The translations under genes and the position numbers were made by a program. Shown here in pieces: positions 37,110-49,892 of a stretch of 64,000 bases of DNA (positions are counted from its first letter, which is position 1; each line of letters opens with the position of its first letter). Location of the stretch: contig NW_027362765.1 in assembly GCF_046119375.1 (NCBI RefSeq), forward strand, positions 199,330,001-199,394,000, written 5' to 3'. Origin of the DNA: Phyllobates terribilis. Lineage: Eukaryota. Under the pieces are notes generated by a model, which made no database searches, had not been told where the DNA came from, and was given only the letters and a program-made list of their open reading frames with translations.

Positions 37110-38218
37110 GGGTATGTGCACACGATGCAGAAATGAAGCAGAAAATTTCTGCATCATTTCTGCATCTCCCTGGCAGAAAAAACGCATGCAGATTGTGCAT
37201 GCGTTTTTCCTGCAGAATACATGCGGATCCACATGCAGATTCACATGCGTTTCCGCATGCAGATTGACAAGCGCTTTCCAGGCGATGTTAGCATCACCTG
37301 GAAAGTGCTTGATAACTAGGTCACACTGTATAAATCCATGCAAACAGCATGGATTTATACAGTGTGAACCGAGAGAGTGTATATACTTACCTCTGATGGC
37401 CCGCGCTGTCCTGCTCACTCCGTTCTCCCGGCTGCCGGCAACTTTGAATTGAAAGACCTGCCGACGTCAGCGTCACGTGACCCGTCACATGACTCTGACG
37501 TCACCGCAGGTCCTACAACTCACTGCAAGTGCCGGGAACCAAGCGGGAGCGCAGCGCGGGCCGACAGATGGTAAGAATACATTTATTTTTTATTTTATTC
37601 TTCTTTTTACAGCTTTTTCAATGGTACCTGGGTGTGGAGGAGACTCTCCTCTCCTCCACACCCGGGTACCATCCGCACATTAGAACGCACCAATTACGCA
37701 AGTACAAATGCTGTCTTGCGGAATTGGCGCGTTCTAATGCAAGTCAATGGCGGCGAAATCGCCGCGTTTCCGCAAAATTAATTGACATGCTGCGGATTTT
37801 TGACCGCAGCGTTAACGCTGCGGAAAAATCCGCATCATGGGCACAGCACATGCGGATTTCCATTGGGGAACATTGCTGCCCTTCTACCATGCGTTTTTCA
37901 TGCGTTTCCGCGGCGTTTACGCAACTGCAAAAACGCCGCGGAAACGCATGAAATACGCATCGTGTGAACACAGCCTTAGGCTGTTTGCATGGATTTATAC
38001 AGTGTGACCTAGTTATCAAGCACTTTCCAGGTGATGCTAACATCGCCTGGAAAGCGCTTGTCAATCTGCATGCGGAAACGCATGTGAATCTGCATGTGGA
38101 TCCGCATGTATTCTGCAGGAAAAACGCATGCACAATCTGCATGCGTTTTTTCTGCCAGGGAGATGCAGAAATGATGCAGAAATTTTCTGCTTCATTTCTG
38201 CATCGTGTGCACATACCC
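37110..38218. mobile_element. Harbinger-type MITE copy 2 (37110-37975) plus an inverted partial copy (37979-38218)
   Basis: Near-identical to 36144-37008 (offset 966). 37985-38218 is the reverse complement of about 37110-37345. Confidence 0.85.
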
Positions 38219-38231
38219 TTAAAGCTTTATT

Positions 38232-38377
38232 CTTAGAAACAACGCTGGAGATTTATTCATAATTTTTAGGGTTATGTAGGCCCCCTTGGGGTGTGTGAAT
38301 TCCTTAGAAACAACGCTGGAGATTTATTCATAATTTTTAGGGTTATGTAGGCCCCCTTGGGGTGTGTGAATTCCTTA
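38232..38377. repeat. 71-bp tandem duplication
   Basis: Two identical units starting at 38232 and 38303. Confidence 0.9.
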
Positions 38378-38429
38378 ATTTGTTCCCTACCATCATGGAG
38401 GGTATCTACTAATATTGTAATTTTGTAAA

Positions 38430-38432
<3 letters not shown>

Positions 38433-38461
<29 letters not shown>
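38433..38461. repeat. (AT)n microsatellite
   Basis: Directly visible. Confidence 0.9.
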
Positions 38462-38466
<5 letters not shown>

Positions 38467-41400
38467 TAGATTTTACCTATTGTGGTTTTAACGGATCTCA
38501 TAAAATGTGCTTGATGCATAGCAGCGTCAAAACCTCATTGTTGGGCACATGTTCCGTCTCTTAACCGCTTCAGGATTTGAAAACCCTAAAGCAGTTAAGA
38601 GGTGACCTGTACATAACACGGGCGGCTTCTGCTTGCTTTCCATACTTGAAAGTATGGAGTAAAAAATGATGGCAGCAGAATAGCCGCTATAATATTTGAA
38701 AACATGCTGGCAAAGCCACTTCAAGAAAATGACCGCTGCTTCACCTTATAAAAAGACAGTGGGTGCATCGGCATCTAAAAGACGTCATGTGAACATACCC
38801 CGATGTGGGATATATTAGTTGCTAGGTATAAACTGCTTGGCAGCCAGGCTATCAGCACAGTGTTAGTACAGGTTTCAAACAAAGTAAAGGAAAGAGCAGC
38901 TTGGCAGTCCTACCATACCGTCACCACTTTAGTTTATCAAACATCTTTCTAAAAAAAAGTATGATTTGTCTATATCTTATAAGAAATGGGAATCATAATA
39001 TATTCAGATTTTTCATGTTATTGAGCTAGTCTGTGCATTAGGATTTACACTGCTTATGTTGTGTTGACTATAGTTGATAGATTAATTATTTGTCATACCT
39101 GAGCATGGAGAAGCCAGATTGGCAGTTGTTGGGGTGTAAGGGAGAGCTCTGGATTTCTGCCACAACGTGAAGAACTTTATTTTGAGATTAACATTGTTAC
39201 AGGTAACACCACATACAATGGACAAAACATGTATAGAAGGGATTATAAATGTATCCATTCACAGTACAAATACATATCTACACATCTACAATTATGGTCC
39301 AGTCTGTAATAAACAATGCTTCTGCTTGCACCGAAACAGAATCTAAAAATATAATTATGGAATTACATTTAACATAATTTGCCACATTTAACAATATTTC
39401 ACTTTTACATGAAAATTTCAGAAAGTGTTTAATACTTTTCTTTTGTCTTCTAATGTCAAATGCTTTTTGTGAAATTCAGAATTCTGTAGGCTTTCTGTTA
39501 CCTGTTGAGCGCTGAGCATTGAGGGAGCTTAGGACCGTTACGCAGCCCCAGTATATTCTTGGTGAATATATAAGATACACTATAGATCTTTACAAAGGAT
39601 CATATTATTATACCAAGTCACTGGTATGGTGAGACCTCTATTGCTTTTGGCTACTAAAAGCTTCCTCCATTAAAACGTAAAGCACTCCTATGAAGATTTT
39701 TTTTTTGTAATGTGCATGTAGTGTGAATGTATTAACCCCTTTACCACCTTGGTTTTTCAGTTTTCCTTTTTTGCTCCCTGTCTTCCCAGAGCCATAACTT
39801 TTTTTATTTTTCGGTCGATGTGGCCATGTGAGGGGCTTGTTTTTTTGCCGGACAAATTGTACTTTTGAACGACACCATTGGTTTTACCATATCATGTACT
39901 AGAAAACAGGAAAAAAATTCAAAGTGTGGTGAAATTGCAAAAAAAAAAGCAATTCCACAATTGTTTTTTATTTACCACGTTCACTAAATGCTAAAAGTGA
40001 CCTGCCATTATGATTCCCCAGGCCATTACGAGTCTGTAGATACCAAACATGTATAGGTTCTTTTTTTATTTAAAGGGGTTGTCCACTACTCATACATTGA
40101 TGCCCTATCAATGTATGATCGACCGGGGTCCCGCACGCGGCACCCCCGCCGATCAGCTGTTATCGGTGCCGCCGGGCGGAAGTGCTCACCTGCGGGGCTC
40201 CGCCATCAAGTGGTAGTGGCCGCCGCGGTGTACTGCAGATCCACCTCCCATTCACCTCCTGCGGATAGGGCATCAATGTAAAAGTAGTGGACAACTTCTT
40301 TAAGGGGTGAATAAAGTATCCAAAGTTTGCAAAAAAAAAAAAGTGTCACCATTTTCCGAGACCCATAGCGTCTGGGCTCTGTGGCCAGGTGAGGTCTTAT
40401 GTTTAGGGCACCGAGCTGACGTTTTTATTGATACCTTTTTGGGGTTAATATGATCTTTTGACCGCTTGTTATGGCGATATTAAATGTGTATATTTGATTT
40501 TTTTTGGGGAGGGGGGCAAAAGGGGGTGATATGAACTTTTTATATTTTTTAATTTATTTTATATTTTTAAAAACTTTTTTTTTTTTTTCTTTTCATATGC
40601 TTCAATTGTCTCGCCTATGCCACACACAGCAGGGCTACAGCAGCAATTGACATGTTAACAGCCGTGTCAGGGACACGACATATGACGTAAATGTACACTG
40701 TATGTCATGAAGGCGTTAATCTGATGTGTATGGGGGACTAAAAAGTTGACTCAACTTCTCGATAAGAGGAACCAGAAGTAAATATTAAAGGAAATCTGTC
40801 AGCAGGTTTTTGCTATATATTATCTGAAGCAGGAGATAGGGGCTGAAACACTGAATTCAGCAATATGTTACTTATTACTTATTTACTTACAATGAAGGCT
40901 TTATCACCAAGAGACTATAACTGCTCTGACAGTGCTTGCTAGACTGGCCACGCCCCCTCCTCTGATAAGCAGCTCACTGTCAATAGACAATGTACACAAA
41001 AGCTGTGGTATGGGCAAGGTTAGTTTTCTGTGCTCTGCTACATCTAAGAACTCTGTCCACAACTGCTGCACCCAGTAAACTAAGTGATACATTGTTGGAA
41101 TCAGGGTCTCTTTTTCTATATTTTACTGCTTTCAGATGAGGTAGCAAAAAAGTGACTGGTGACAGATTCCCTTTAATTTTAAACTGTAAGGGAACAATTT
41201 GATTTTTGAGCTATATTTATTTGGTGCTAGTTTTATGGTCTTTACCATGGGTGTTGTTCACAGGATTCTCTGGGGGCATGACTTAAGGCTGCTCTGCATA
41301 ATTATGCCGCAAGTAACACCCCATTGTTAAAGACTATAAAATTTAGCAATAAAAAGGCCCATATCTTTGGAATCATATGGCGGATAAAAAAAAAGAATGT

Positions 41401-41873
41401 TACCCAGAGGAGCAGCGGGAATAAAATAAGTGCAAGAACTGACCACTTTTGACCTGGTGACATCAAGTCCTCTTTAAATACAATCAATTTTCCAAACTAA
41501 ATTCAGATAAAGATTTTATCCCCTCTAAGTAAACTGAATTAAGGTGATGAGAAAACAGCTGCAAACCTTTTAGTAGGTTTAGCAGGGGGCAGTCTGTCTT
41601 TAGTAATTATAAGGGAGTTTGGCAAATGACACTGATTATGGGATAACTCCTTTAATGCAAGGTCAATGTCAGAGGCCTCAGGTTTTCAGTTCTTCAGGTA
41701 TAAGATTTAAGGGTCAAAGTTATACCAAGAAATCTAGGTGTCCAATTTGTTGTAATGTAGCCACATTTGGTGGCAGTGTATAGATATACAATATGGAGTG
41801 TTCGCCTCTCATTCAGCAGCTTAGGGCACCATGACTGAAATAAGTCCTTGATATGGCAAATGACCATCTTCAA

Positions 41874-42608
41874 CTAGACCGTGTAGGTGACAGGAAAGTC
41901 TATGTCAATGGCTGACAGGTGGGACTGAGAGGAATATGAGGGAGGGATGTAATTCTGCATATTTGGGATATGGGAGTAGAGGGGCTGCCAGTAAGCGGAG
42001 GTCAGGGATTTACAGTTACAGTACCACGCAAACAATAACCCTGCAGTGAAGAACATCCCCCCAGCACTGCCAATGGCAACAAAGACTGAAATGTCATAGG
42101 TGAAATATGGGCCATATTTGCTGTTTAGGATATTGTTATAAAATATGACCCAGGCGGATGGAGTGATACTCATAGTACCTGCTAAACAAAACAGCATGCC
42201 AGCCACAAGATGGCAGCCGGCGCTGTTGACAAGACACTTGACAAGCTTCAGACTTGGAACTGTAGAGCTGAATGTGGTGTTGCATATTCCTGTCAGACAC
42301 AAGATAAGGGCGGCAGCTCCTGTCAGGATACTGAAGGGGAGAGCAAACTGCAGGACACGGATATCCAGCTGGTCCACACTGGCGTACCACTCCGTGTCAT
42401 AGATCATACATTCCCTGCTCCACTCCAGCCGAGTGCACTTCACCCAGAGTCCTATACTGACCGTCAGGTTCTTCTCATTCCTGTTAAATGTGTACAGTTT
42501 CATCAGCCTCCACTGAGGCAGAAGAGTGGCAGCAAAGAGGCCAGAAATGGAGGCCGTCCCACAAACAAAAGCGAATAAAGTCACTGCGTGCACCTCCTGG
42601 CAGCCCAT
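41874..42608 (-). CDS. CLDN12: Claudin-12 family tight-junction protein, 244 aa, single coding exon
   Basis: MGCQEVHA.., [51 protein letters not shown] match claudin-12. Splice acceptor TTTTTTTTGCAG ends 17 nt upstream of the ATG. Orthologue versus paralogue is unresolved. Confidence 0.9.
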   Translation of the reverse strand: MGCQEVHAVTLFAFVCGTASISGLFAATLLPQWRLMKLYTFNRNEKNLTVSIGLWVKCTRLEWSRECMIYDTEWYASVDQLDIRVLQFALPFSILTGAAALILCLTGICNTTFSSTVPSLKLVKCLVNSAGCHLVAGMLFCLAGTMSITPSAWVIFYNNILNSKYGPYFTYDISVFVAIGSAGGMFFTAGLLFAWYCNCKSLTSAYWQPLYSHIPNMQNYIPPSYSSQSHLSAIDIDFPVTYTV

Positions 42609-43415
42609 TGTGAGCAGGTTGAAGACTGCAAAAAAAACGCAAAGAATTTTTATTAGCTTTTGTAAAACTATTATGTCCAATTTTGATATTTAAAATAAAT
42701 ATGTATTATTCATAGATGAGGAATAGTGATAGATTTTAAAAAAAGAAGTGCGCTATATTTAAAATAAAAAAGTGCAAAAGAAGTCCTTTGTGATATTAAA
42801 GCTCAGCCTTATTTACTTCAATGGACCAGATCTGCAAAACCATTTTTTGTTCTATACTGCACAACTTATTTAACATAGGAGGTCCTTTGGATGTTGCAGC
42901 CATTTTGATCATAAACTAAAAGAAAAGTAAGACTGTTTAAAATGGGTGTTCCAAGTATCACAACTTCTCACCTATCCCAGGATAGGTGATAAGGGTCTAA
43001 TCACTGGGATCTCCACTGGTCATAATAATGGACAGCGCTCATCTATCTCCATCTCCATCAGCCTCAAGGAATGGGGGCACCATACATGTGTTGTCATATG
43101 GGTAGATAATAAGTTTTGATTTTTGGCAAACCCTTTTACAAGGTTTGACAAGAAGTCAGTAACATGATGTATGAATATTGCCCCCAAAAATCAGCTGTAA
43201 TCTGTGAGGGAAACTGATGACAAAGATCAAGTTCCCCGCACCACCCTGTCAGGGGTATTAAGTTCTTATTGAAATCAAAGTGGAAGAACAGGCTAAGAAA
43301 TGTAACAACATTGGTTTTGGACATAATTAAAGCTTATACCACAGGATATGAAATAAATGACACATAGGTGTGACTCCTACCTCTGTAGATCAAATGTTAG
43401 GCTGGATTCACACAT

Positions 43416-43673
43416 TTTATTTATTTATTTTACTCCCTTATATAGCGCCATTAATTCCACAGCACGTTACATACATTGTCATTGCTGTCCCCATTGGGGC
43501 TCACAATCTAGATTCCCTATCAGTATGTCTTTGGAGTGTGGGAGGAAACCGGAGGAAACCCACACAAACACGGGGAGAACATACAAACTCCTTTCAGATG
43601 ATGTCCTTGGTGGAATTTGAACCCAGGACCCCAGCGCTGCAAGGCTGCAGTGCTAACCACTGAGCCACCACGC
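43416..43673 (-). mobile_element. tRNA-derived SINE
   Basis: Reverse complement of the 574-842 family with A and B boxes and tail. Confidence 0.85.
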
Positions 43674-44652
43674 ACATCCATGTTTCCAAATATGGACTGC
43701 AATGTACGGACATATATGAGGAAATTGAGTTCAGGTCAGGAGACCCGCAGCCAGTACGCACTCGGACAGTGAACACAAGATGTGTGAAACCTACCTTAGA
43801 GTATGTGAACATGACTTTTTTTTCCAAGCGGAAGATGCATCAGGAAAAGCTGGCGTTTTTTTCCTGAAGCTTCTTTTTTTTAAAGTTTTTTTGGTTGTTT
43901 CCTGAGGCCTTTTTTGACATTTTTGACTGGTGGAGTTTTTGTTTTTTTTCCATTGTTTTTGGTGTGCCTTTTTTACTGGTGTTTTACGAGCGTTTTTTTT
44001 TGTTTTTTTGTTTTTTTACACTCCATTCAATGTTGAAGAAACCGCTAATGATTTTTGAAGCAAAAATGTTGGCTAAAAAAGACGCCCAGGCATTTTTTGA
44101 ACATTACCATGGACATCTAAAGTAAGGTATAGCGCGTCTTCTGAGCCTGAAGGGTCAGCTTACTTTTTTTAACCACTTGACATCTTTGGAAACCTGTAGC
44201 AATTAAAAGATCCTCAAAAGACTGACGATATGAACGGCAAGTCGTTTTTACACACAAACGCATATGTTCATTCTTTTGAGCGTTTAGTTAACGTTTTTTC
44301 AGGCGGTTTTTGTAGTAGAATCTACTTGAACAAGATGTTGTCTTTACACACCCTCAGGTTGTGGATATTTTGGGGTTGGTCCTCAGCCTTGTGAAATGAC
44401 GATAAAAGCGATTAACACATGGAATGACACAAAACTACAAAGCAGAATGAAGTAGCCCAGTCTTCCGCCATCACTTCCGTAATTGGCTACCTCGTTACTT
44501 TTGTTTATACCTTTCGAAGCCTAAAGCTGATGAAGAATATACCACTAAACATGACGTGACTGACATTGAAGAATCAGAATATTTAGATGGAAAAAAATAT
44601 AGAAAATATAAGACACAGAATAAAGCAACATCAGTAAGGGTGTAAGACTCAC

Positions 44653-45084
44653 CTTCTCAGGCTCGCAGTTCCTTCAGGCAATGCACATCCCCGAACAAGA
44701 AGCAGTCAGGTCTTTTCACAGCTCCCGCTCTTATCAGACACAATATAACGTTTCCAACATTATAGGATTCAGCCTGTGCTCCAGTATTCCCACTGCGTGT
44801 GCGTAATCACTGCTCTTCTAGGGGGGGTCTGCGGTGTAATAATAGCTCTGCAGTGCTGCAAGACCCAGATGTGACTTCACGCATGCTGTACACTGCTACA
44901 TCATTTCATATAGGAACATGAATGCCAGCAGGCACCTGCCACCCACACAGTACAGACTGGAGAGCTGCTCCACTAGGTTGCACTGCACATGCCCAGCATC
45001 CTCACCGGAGCATGATGGGATGGCAGTCTGCCTATAACCTGCAAGATGCAATCACATTCTCCAAGACTGCAAATCCCAGCATGC
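44653..45084 (-). promoter_or_regulatory. Candidate non-coding first exon and promoter region of the claudin gene
   Basis: AAG|GTGAGT donor at 44653 on minus, and a ZNF143-like GACTGCAAATCCCAGCATGC at 45065-45084. Weak support. Confidence 0.3.
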
Positions 45085-47910
45085 TCTCTTCTACAGCATC
45101 TGCTTAGGACGGTTCTTACAGCTGCAGAGACTATTAGCAGAGATGCTGAAATAGTGGGGGAAGCTGGTGTTGAGACAAATCTGCACACAGGGCGGCTTCT
45201 CTGTAGACACACTTACATTGAGTTACTTCTAGGATTAACATCCTTGTAACATTGCCGAAAATTCAAGTACTACGATACCTGTTATGTCAGAAAACGGTAC
45301 CAATAACCAAACTGGACGTTCATGACACTCTACTAATAAAGAGTATTTTAAGTTACGTTTTTTGTTTTTTCTTATTAGATAAATTTAGAAAAAAAAAATA
45401 GTTTTCAGGTCCTTGGTCCAGCAGCCAGTTCAGTACTTTGTGACCATTAGACAAGAGCCCTGCAAACCATGTCCTACCTGCTGTCATCCGCGATGCCTCT
45501 TCTTGATTAGCCGGCCTGACACAATATTGCACCAATCCAGCTAATTAAACGAAGAGCCGGTAATGCCAGCAGGTTGGAGACGGCTCACAAGGCTCCCGTC
45601 CTGTGGCCACAAAATACTGACCTCGTCGATGGACCAAGGTCCTGGAAATCGGTTCACTTATCTCTACTCTTTAATAAAGGCTCCGAAAAATCCCTATGCA
45701 CCAAATCTCTGTCAAAAAGTGATTTTTTTTCCTCAAATGTTTTTCCATGTCAGATTTTCCTGCCTGAAAAATCTGCATAAAAAACACTGATTGAATACTG
45801 AAGGGCTGCAGCCAATCAGTGGCCACTGGTTGACTGCAGCTTTTACGTAACCACCAGAAATCGCAGCACTGACATCTCATGAACAGCATAGCTACGGGAG
45901 TAAAGTATGAATCGTTTTTATTTTATGATAGGCACTGGAGCCATTAAGGGGTTGACCACAGCCTCTTAGTTGTCTAATGAGAGGTTGTCAGGTAGGCATG
46001 ATAGTAAACAGTGTACCTGACATTTACTAGCAGGGTTGGGGACCACCGTAGATCCACAGAGACCTGCTCTGGCCTGCTGAACTAAGAGTGCCAAGTTGTT
46101 ACTATCCACTCCCTGGTGGCTGCTGGACAAAAAGAACGTCTTGATCAAAACGGTGACCTTTCAGTAAAAAAGAAGTATTATGTGTTATAGTGACCTGCGG
46201 TGTATGACTGTGCCTGCAGTGAAAATAATTTGTGATGAGACGGTGTAGGTAACTGGAGCCTGTTCCAAAAGCCAAGACAGCGAGGAAGACTGTGGTCTGC
46301 ATCGGAAGTTCTACTGGAAGGAAGTACATCAAGTTCTTGCAGCACCTGCATCTGTGAACGAGAAACTTCGGACTGTTCATAGTATGATATACTGCTAACT
46401 ATTCTACGTTACCTGCCCTAAATCCAAGCTGAAGGACCTTTCGTTTCCAACTGTAAATTGATAAGAGACTTTCAATCGCACCATCTCATCCATGCAGCCA
46501 TATCATGGCTTTATTTTGTACGAAGTAGTAAGCATGCCACCATTCTCCAGCATGGTGTCTTCTCTTTGTTTTGGACCTATTCCTGGATTTCTCATAATTA
46601 CTGATGCAAAATACTGACCAAAATATGCAATCGTGATAGAGGCCTGAAGCTGCATTAACAATATATCAAGTCACCAACAAACGATTGGTGGTTTGAGAAT
46701 TCGGTACGAGCACTGGAGGATTACAATTATCAGACGTATGCCATCATCTTTGTAAAGCAAGTTTAATTGTAGCAGCAATGTACTAGAAGAGGATGAAGAC
46801 TTACATCGGGCAACTTCACAAAACTATCATGGTAAATGTGAACTTTAACTTGTAATCGACGACAAATGCTTTTATTATTAATCATTTTGTGCTTTTACAC
46901 TAGCCAATAATGGAGTTAATTTTTAGGGTACCGCTTGAGCTTGGGCTGGTGTTTTTCCCTTAATGTTTTTAAAGTTTGTGCTTTTAAATGGGCTAACTGC
47001 TAGAAATGTGTTAAAATAATAAATTAACCATTGCTAACCAAATACTCTTTCCACTATGGTGGTCCCAGCCCGTCCTTCAGTATCCCAAATGCACAGGACC
47101 GCTGCAGCCAATTACTGGACAGCAAAATGTAGGGACCACCAGAGCAGCACCTTATCTTTCCACATAGCAGCCAGCCCAGCAATCCAGTACATTGGGCTAC
47201 ATAGTGACTAAGGTGAAGATATAATTCACAATCAGAGAGCACAGTTCTAATTCTAATTAGCAGAACTTGGGCACGATACTGTCCAGCCACATCTCTGCAA
47301 CTTTACCACTTGGCGTTCACTAATGTCTTTTCCAAGCCCAAATTCAGATTACACAGGACATTGCAGGGGCACATCAGTTTTTCTAAGATAATAAGGAGCC
47401 ATGACTTACTGCGGTTTCATATAGTTAATTTTTTTCACTTCATATTAAAATAACGAAAATTACATCACTTAAAAGGATTCACTTTAGGCAACAAAAGGTC
47501 TTCAAAAAAAGAAAAAATATATATACAGCAAGGCCTCATTCAGACATCAGTGGTTTTTCACATAGTTAAAAAAAATGGTACTGGTGTCATCAGTGATTTT
47601 CATGGATGGATAAATGAATCGCACAGCTTCTCCTATCTTTTGCTCTGCTAATCATGGACAGCACAATGACTGCACGTGGATACCATTCACGTGCTTCCCC
47701 ACAGACTTGTATGGGTACTTTTCATCCATGTCTCCGTGAATTTTGCATGGCGACACGGTCCACAAGAAAACAAACACATGAACAGCCGTATGGACTATAA
47801 CTGATATGTTCTATGAAAAACATGGATAAAACACGTACATGCAACACGGATGTCTGATTGTGGCCAAAGACTGCAAATATTCATTTTATGAATATTCCTT
47901 TTACATTTTT

Positions 47911-48355
47911 TTAAGTGTAAAATTGTACTGTCGCTTTATTTTAGGATGGGTTAAATATGTGAATGAAAAAGCCATGCATATGCATGGCCATCTCTCAATT
48001 CATTTACCGCCTGGATGTTGTGGCCAAGTGGAGCGGCAGTGTGGGGACCGGCGTTCTTAAAATACGTGCAGCTCACAGAGGTGAGACTCACATCTATCGG
48101 GTATTTATGGCATACACTATTAACATGGTGTGAACGAAATATGCTTTTTAGAACACATTTGTGCCACATCTTCCTTTCTTCCCTACTTTTATTTTTTACA
48201 CACTAAATGGACTGTTAGGACACCTACAGGACCTTTTTTTTACATCCCATTCTAAATCCATAGGCATTAATATGGAATTGGTCCCCAGGTGCAGCTATTA
48301 CAGCTTCCACTCTTCTGGAAAGGCTTTCTCCAAGATCTTGGAGGTGTCTGTGGGA
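47911..48355 (+). repeat. About 445-bp dispersed direct repeat of 49605-50056
   Basis: Offset 1694, high but imperfect identity. Confidence 0.9.
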
Positions 48356-48655
48356 TGTCTGATTGTGGCCAAAGACAATAAATATTCAATAAAAGCCTGA
48401 AACATGATACAGAAAATGTCCACCAGCTCTGTCCAAGAGAACTTTAATTTTGTACACATTTTTAAGTGAAAGGTATGGAATTTTCTTCTCTTCAGAAATT
48501 TGCAGTAACAGTTTTGTCTAAAGTAGCATCGGCCTCCATTAAGTAAATTTACTTTAGTGGTCCATATAGTTTAATACTCACCTATACATTGACAAGATGT
48601 TTCTGCACTTCTCATTCAGTTTTATTACTTGTTTTATATCCTGGGTAAACAGCAA

Positions 48656-49112
48656 TTAAAGAAGTTGTCCACTACTTGGACATCTCCTTCTCATACCCCA
48701 CGCTTGCCCGCGATACAATATAAAAGCTTATACTCACCCCCCTGTGCCGGCGCCATTCCAGTGGTGTGTCAGAAGAAACACCGTGGTTGCTGTGACACGT
48801 GAGCCAGGCGCCCAATCAGCACTGGCGTCACTGTCTTCGCCTTCGTATGAATTGAACATGAACAGGAAGTCAGAGATCAGCTGCAGCCAGGACTTCCTTT
48901 TCATTTCGACAGAATGCGGAGACAGTGACGCCAGCGCTGATTGGGCGCCTGGCTCACATGTCATAACAGACGCATGAGAGCCCCAGGACCGCGAGTGCAG
49001 ACACCGATAGGACAGCGCCGGCATGGGAGAAGAGTATAAGCTTTTTTTATTTTATTGGGGCCAAACATTTAGATCAAGAAGCGGTTGTCCTAGTAGTGGA
49101 CAACCCCTTTAA
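48656..49112. mobile_element. TTAA-flanked palindromic MITE
   Basis: GTTGTCCACTACT...AGTAGTGGACAAC termini. Confidence 0.8.
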
Positions 49113-49892
49113 TTAGCGGAATAATAACAGGCCAGCCTGTTTGTCCAGTCCATGATAATCATTGTAGTCTGTGAACCTTACTATGGTAAAGTATATACTG
49201 CTATTAGAGGGAACCAATCAGGGGTAAATCAGGGTTTCATCCCTGGCAGAATGTAGAGGTCCACGTATTGAACGTCATCTGGGCAGGGCTGTAGAGGGGA
49301 CTAGTCATGGTCTGCTCACTATTAGCATGACAAGCTGGCTTGAACGATGTCCCGCTACGTTGTGACTTAGCACGCTCACTCCTCCTTAACTGATACCCCA
49401 ACCAGCATGTGAATAGCAAGGAGACCATTACTAGCCCTCACTCGGGCACCACCCGGATGACTAGTGAGTATTATACAGCAGTATTGTAAGGTCTTCATCT
49501 TCATCCTACTAAAATTGCTGATTACTGCAAAGGTATACATGAGCTCTATGGCATTCTGCCTTGGTTCAATAACCATATTTTTTCTGACAGTTTCCCTTTA
49601 CAGTTTAAGTGTAAAATTGTACTGTCACTTTATTTTAGGATGGGTTAAGTATGTGAATGAAAAAGCCATGCATATGCATGGCCATCTCTCAATTCATTTA
49701 CCGCCTGGATGTTGTGGCCAAGTGGAGCGGCAGTGTGGGGTCCTGCATTCTTAAAATATGTGCAGCTCCCAGAAGTGAGACTCACATCTATCAGGTATTT
49801 ATGGCATACACTATTAACATGGTATGAACAAAATATGCTTTTTAGAACACATTTGTGCCACATCTTTCTTGCTTCCCTACTTTTATTTTTTA

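Larger units (their letters stand above)
21050..38400 (-). mobile_element. Degenerate Penelope-like element split into fragments (about 21050-21710, 23791-24453, 31248-31269, 32852-33087, 33768-34060, 35678-36143, 37012-37106, 38222-38400)
   Basis: Colinear motifs on minus: FDWIKD..LKWKKFF, NL..QERR..LVFK.S.KG.NLV.MD, LKGRP, LRFTS, FRKPT, RGYP, then GIY-YIG region FRCGGCSYC..HFTNC and WI..LNE. Outer limits are approximate. Confidence 0.7.

Noticed and set aside
36127-38236. Cluster of overlapping 60-156 aa ORFs
   Set aside because: They arise from palindromic MITE sequence and are repeated between copies.
42136-42578. Antisense and alternate-frame ORFs over the claudin exon
   Set aside because: Shadow ORFs of the CLDN12 coding sequence.
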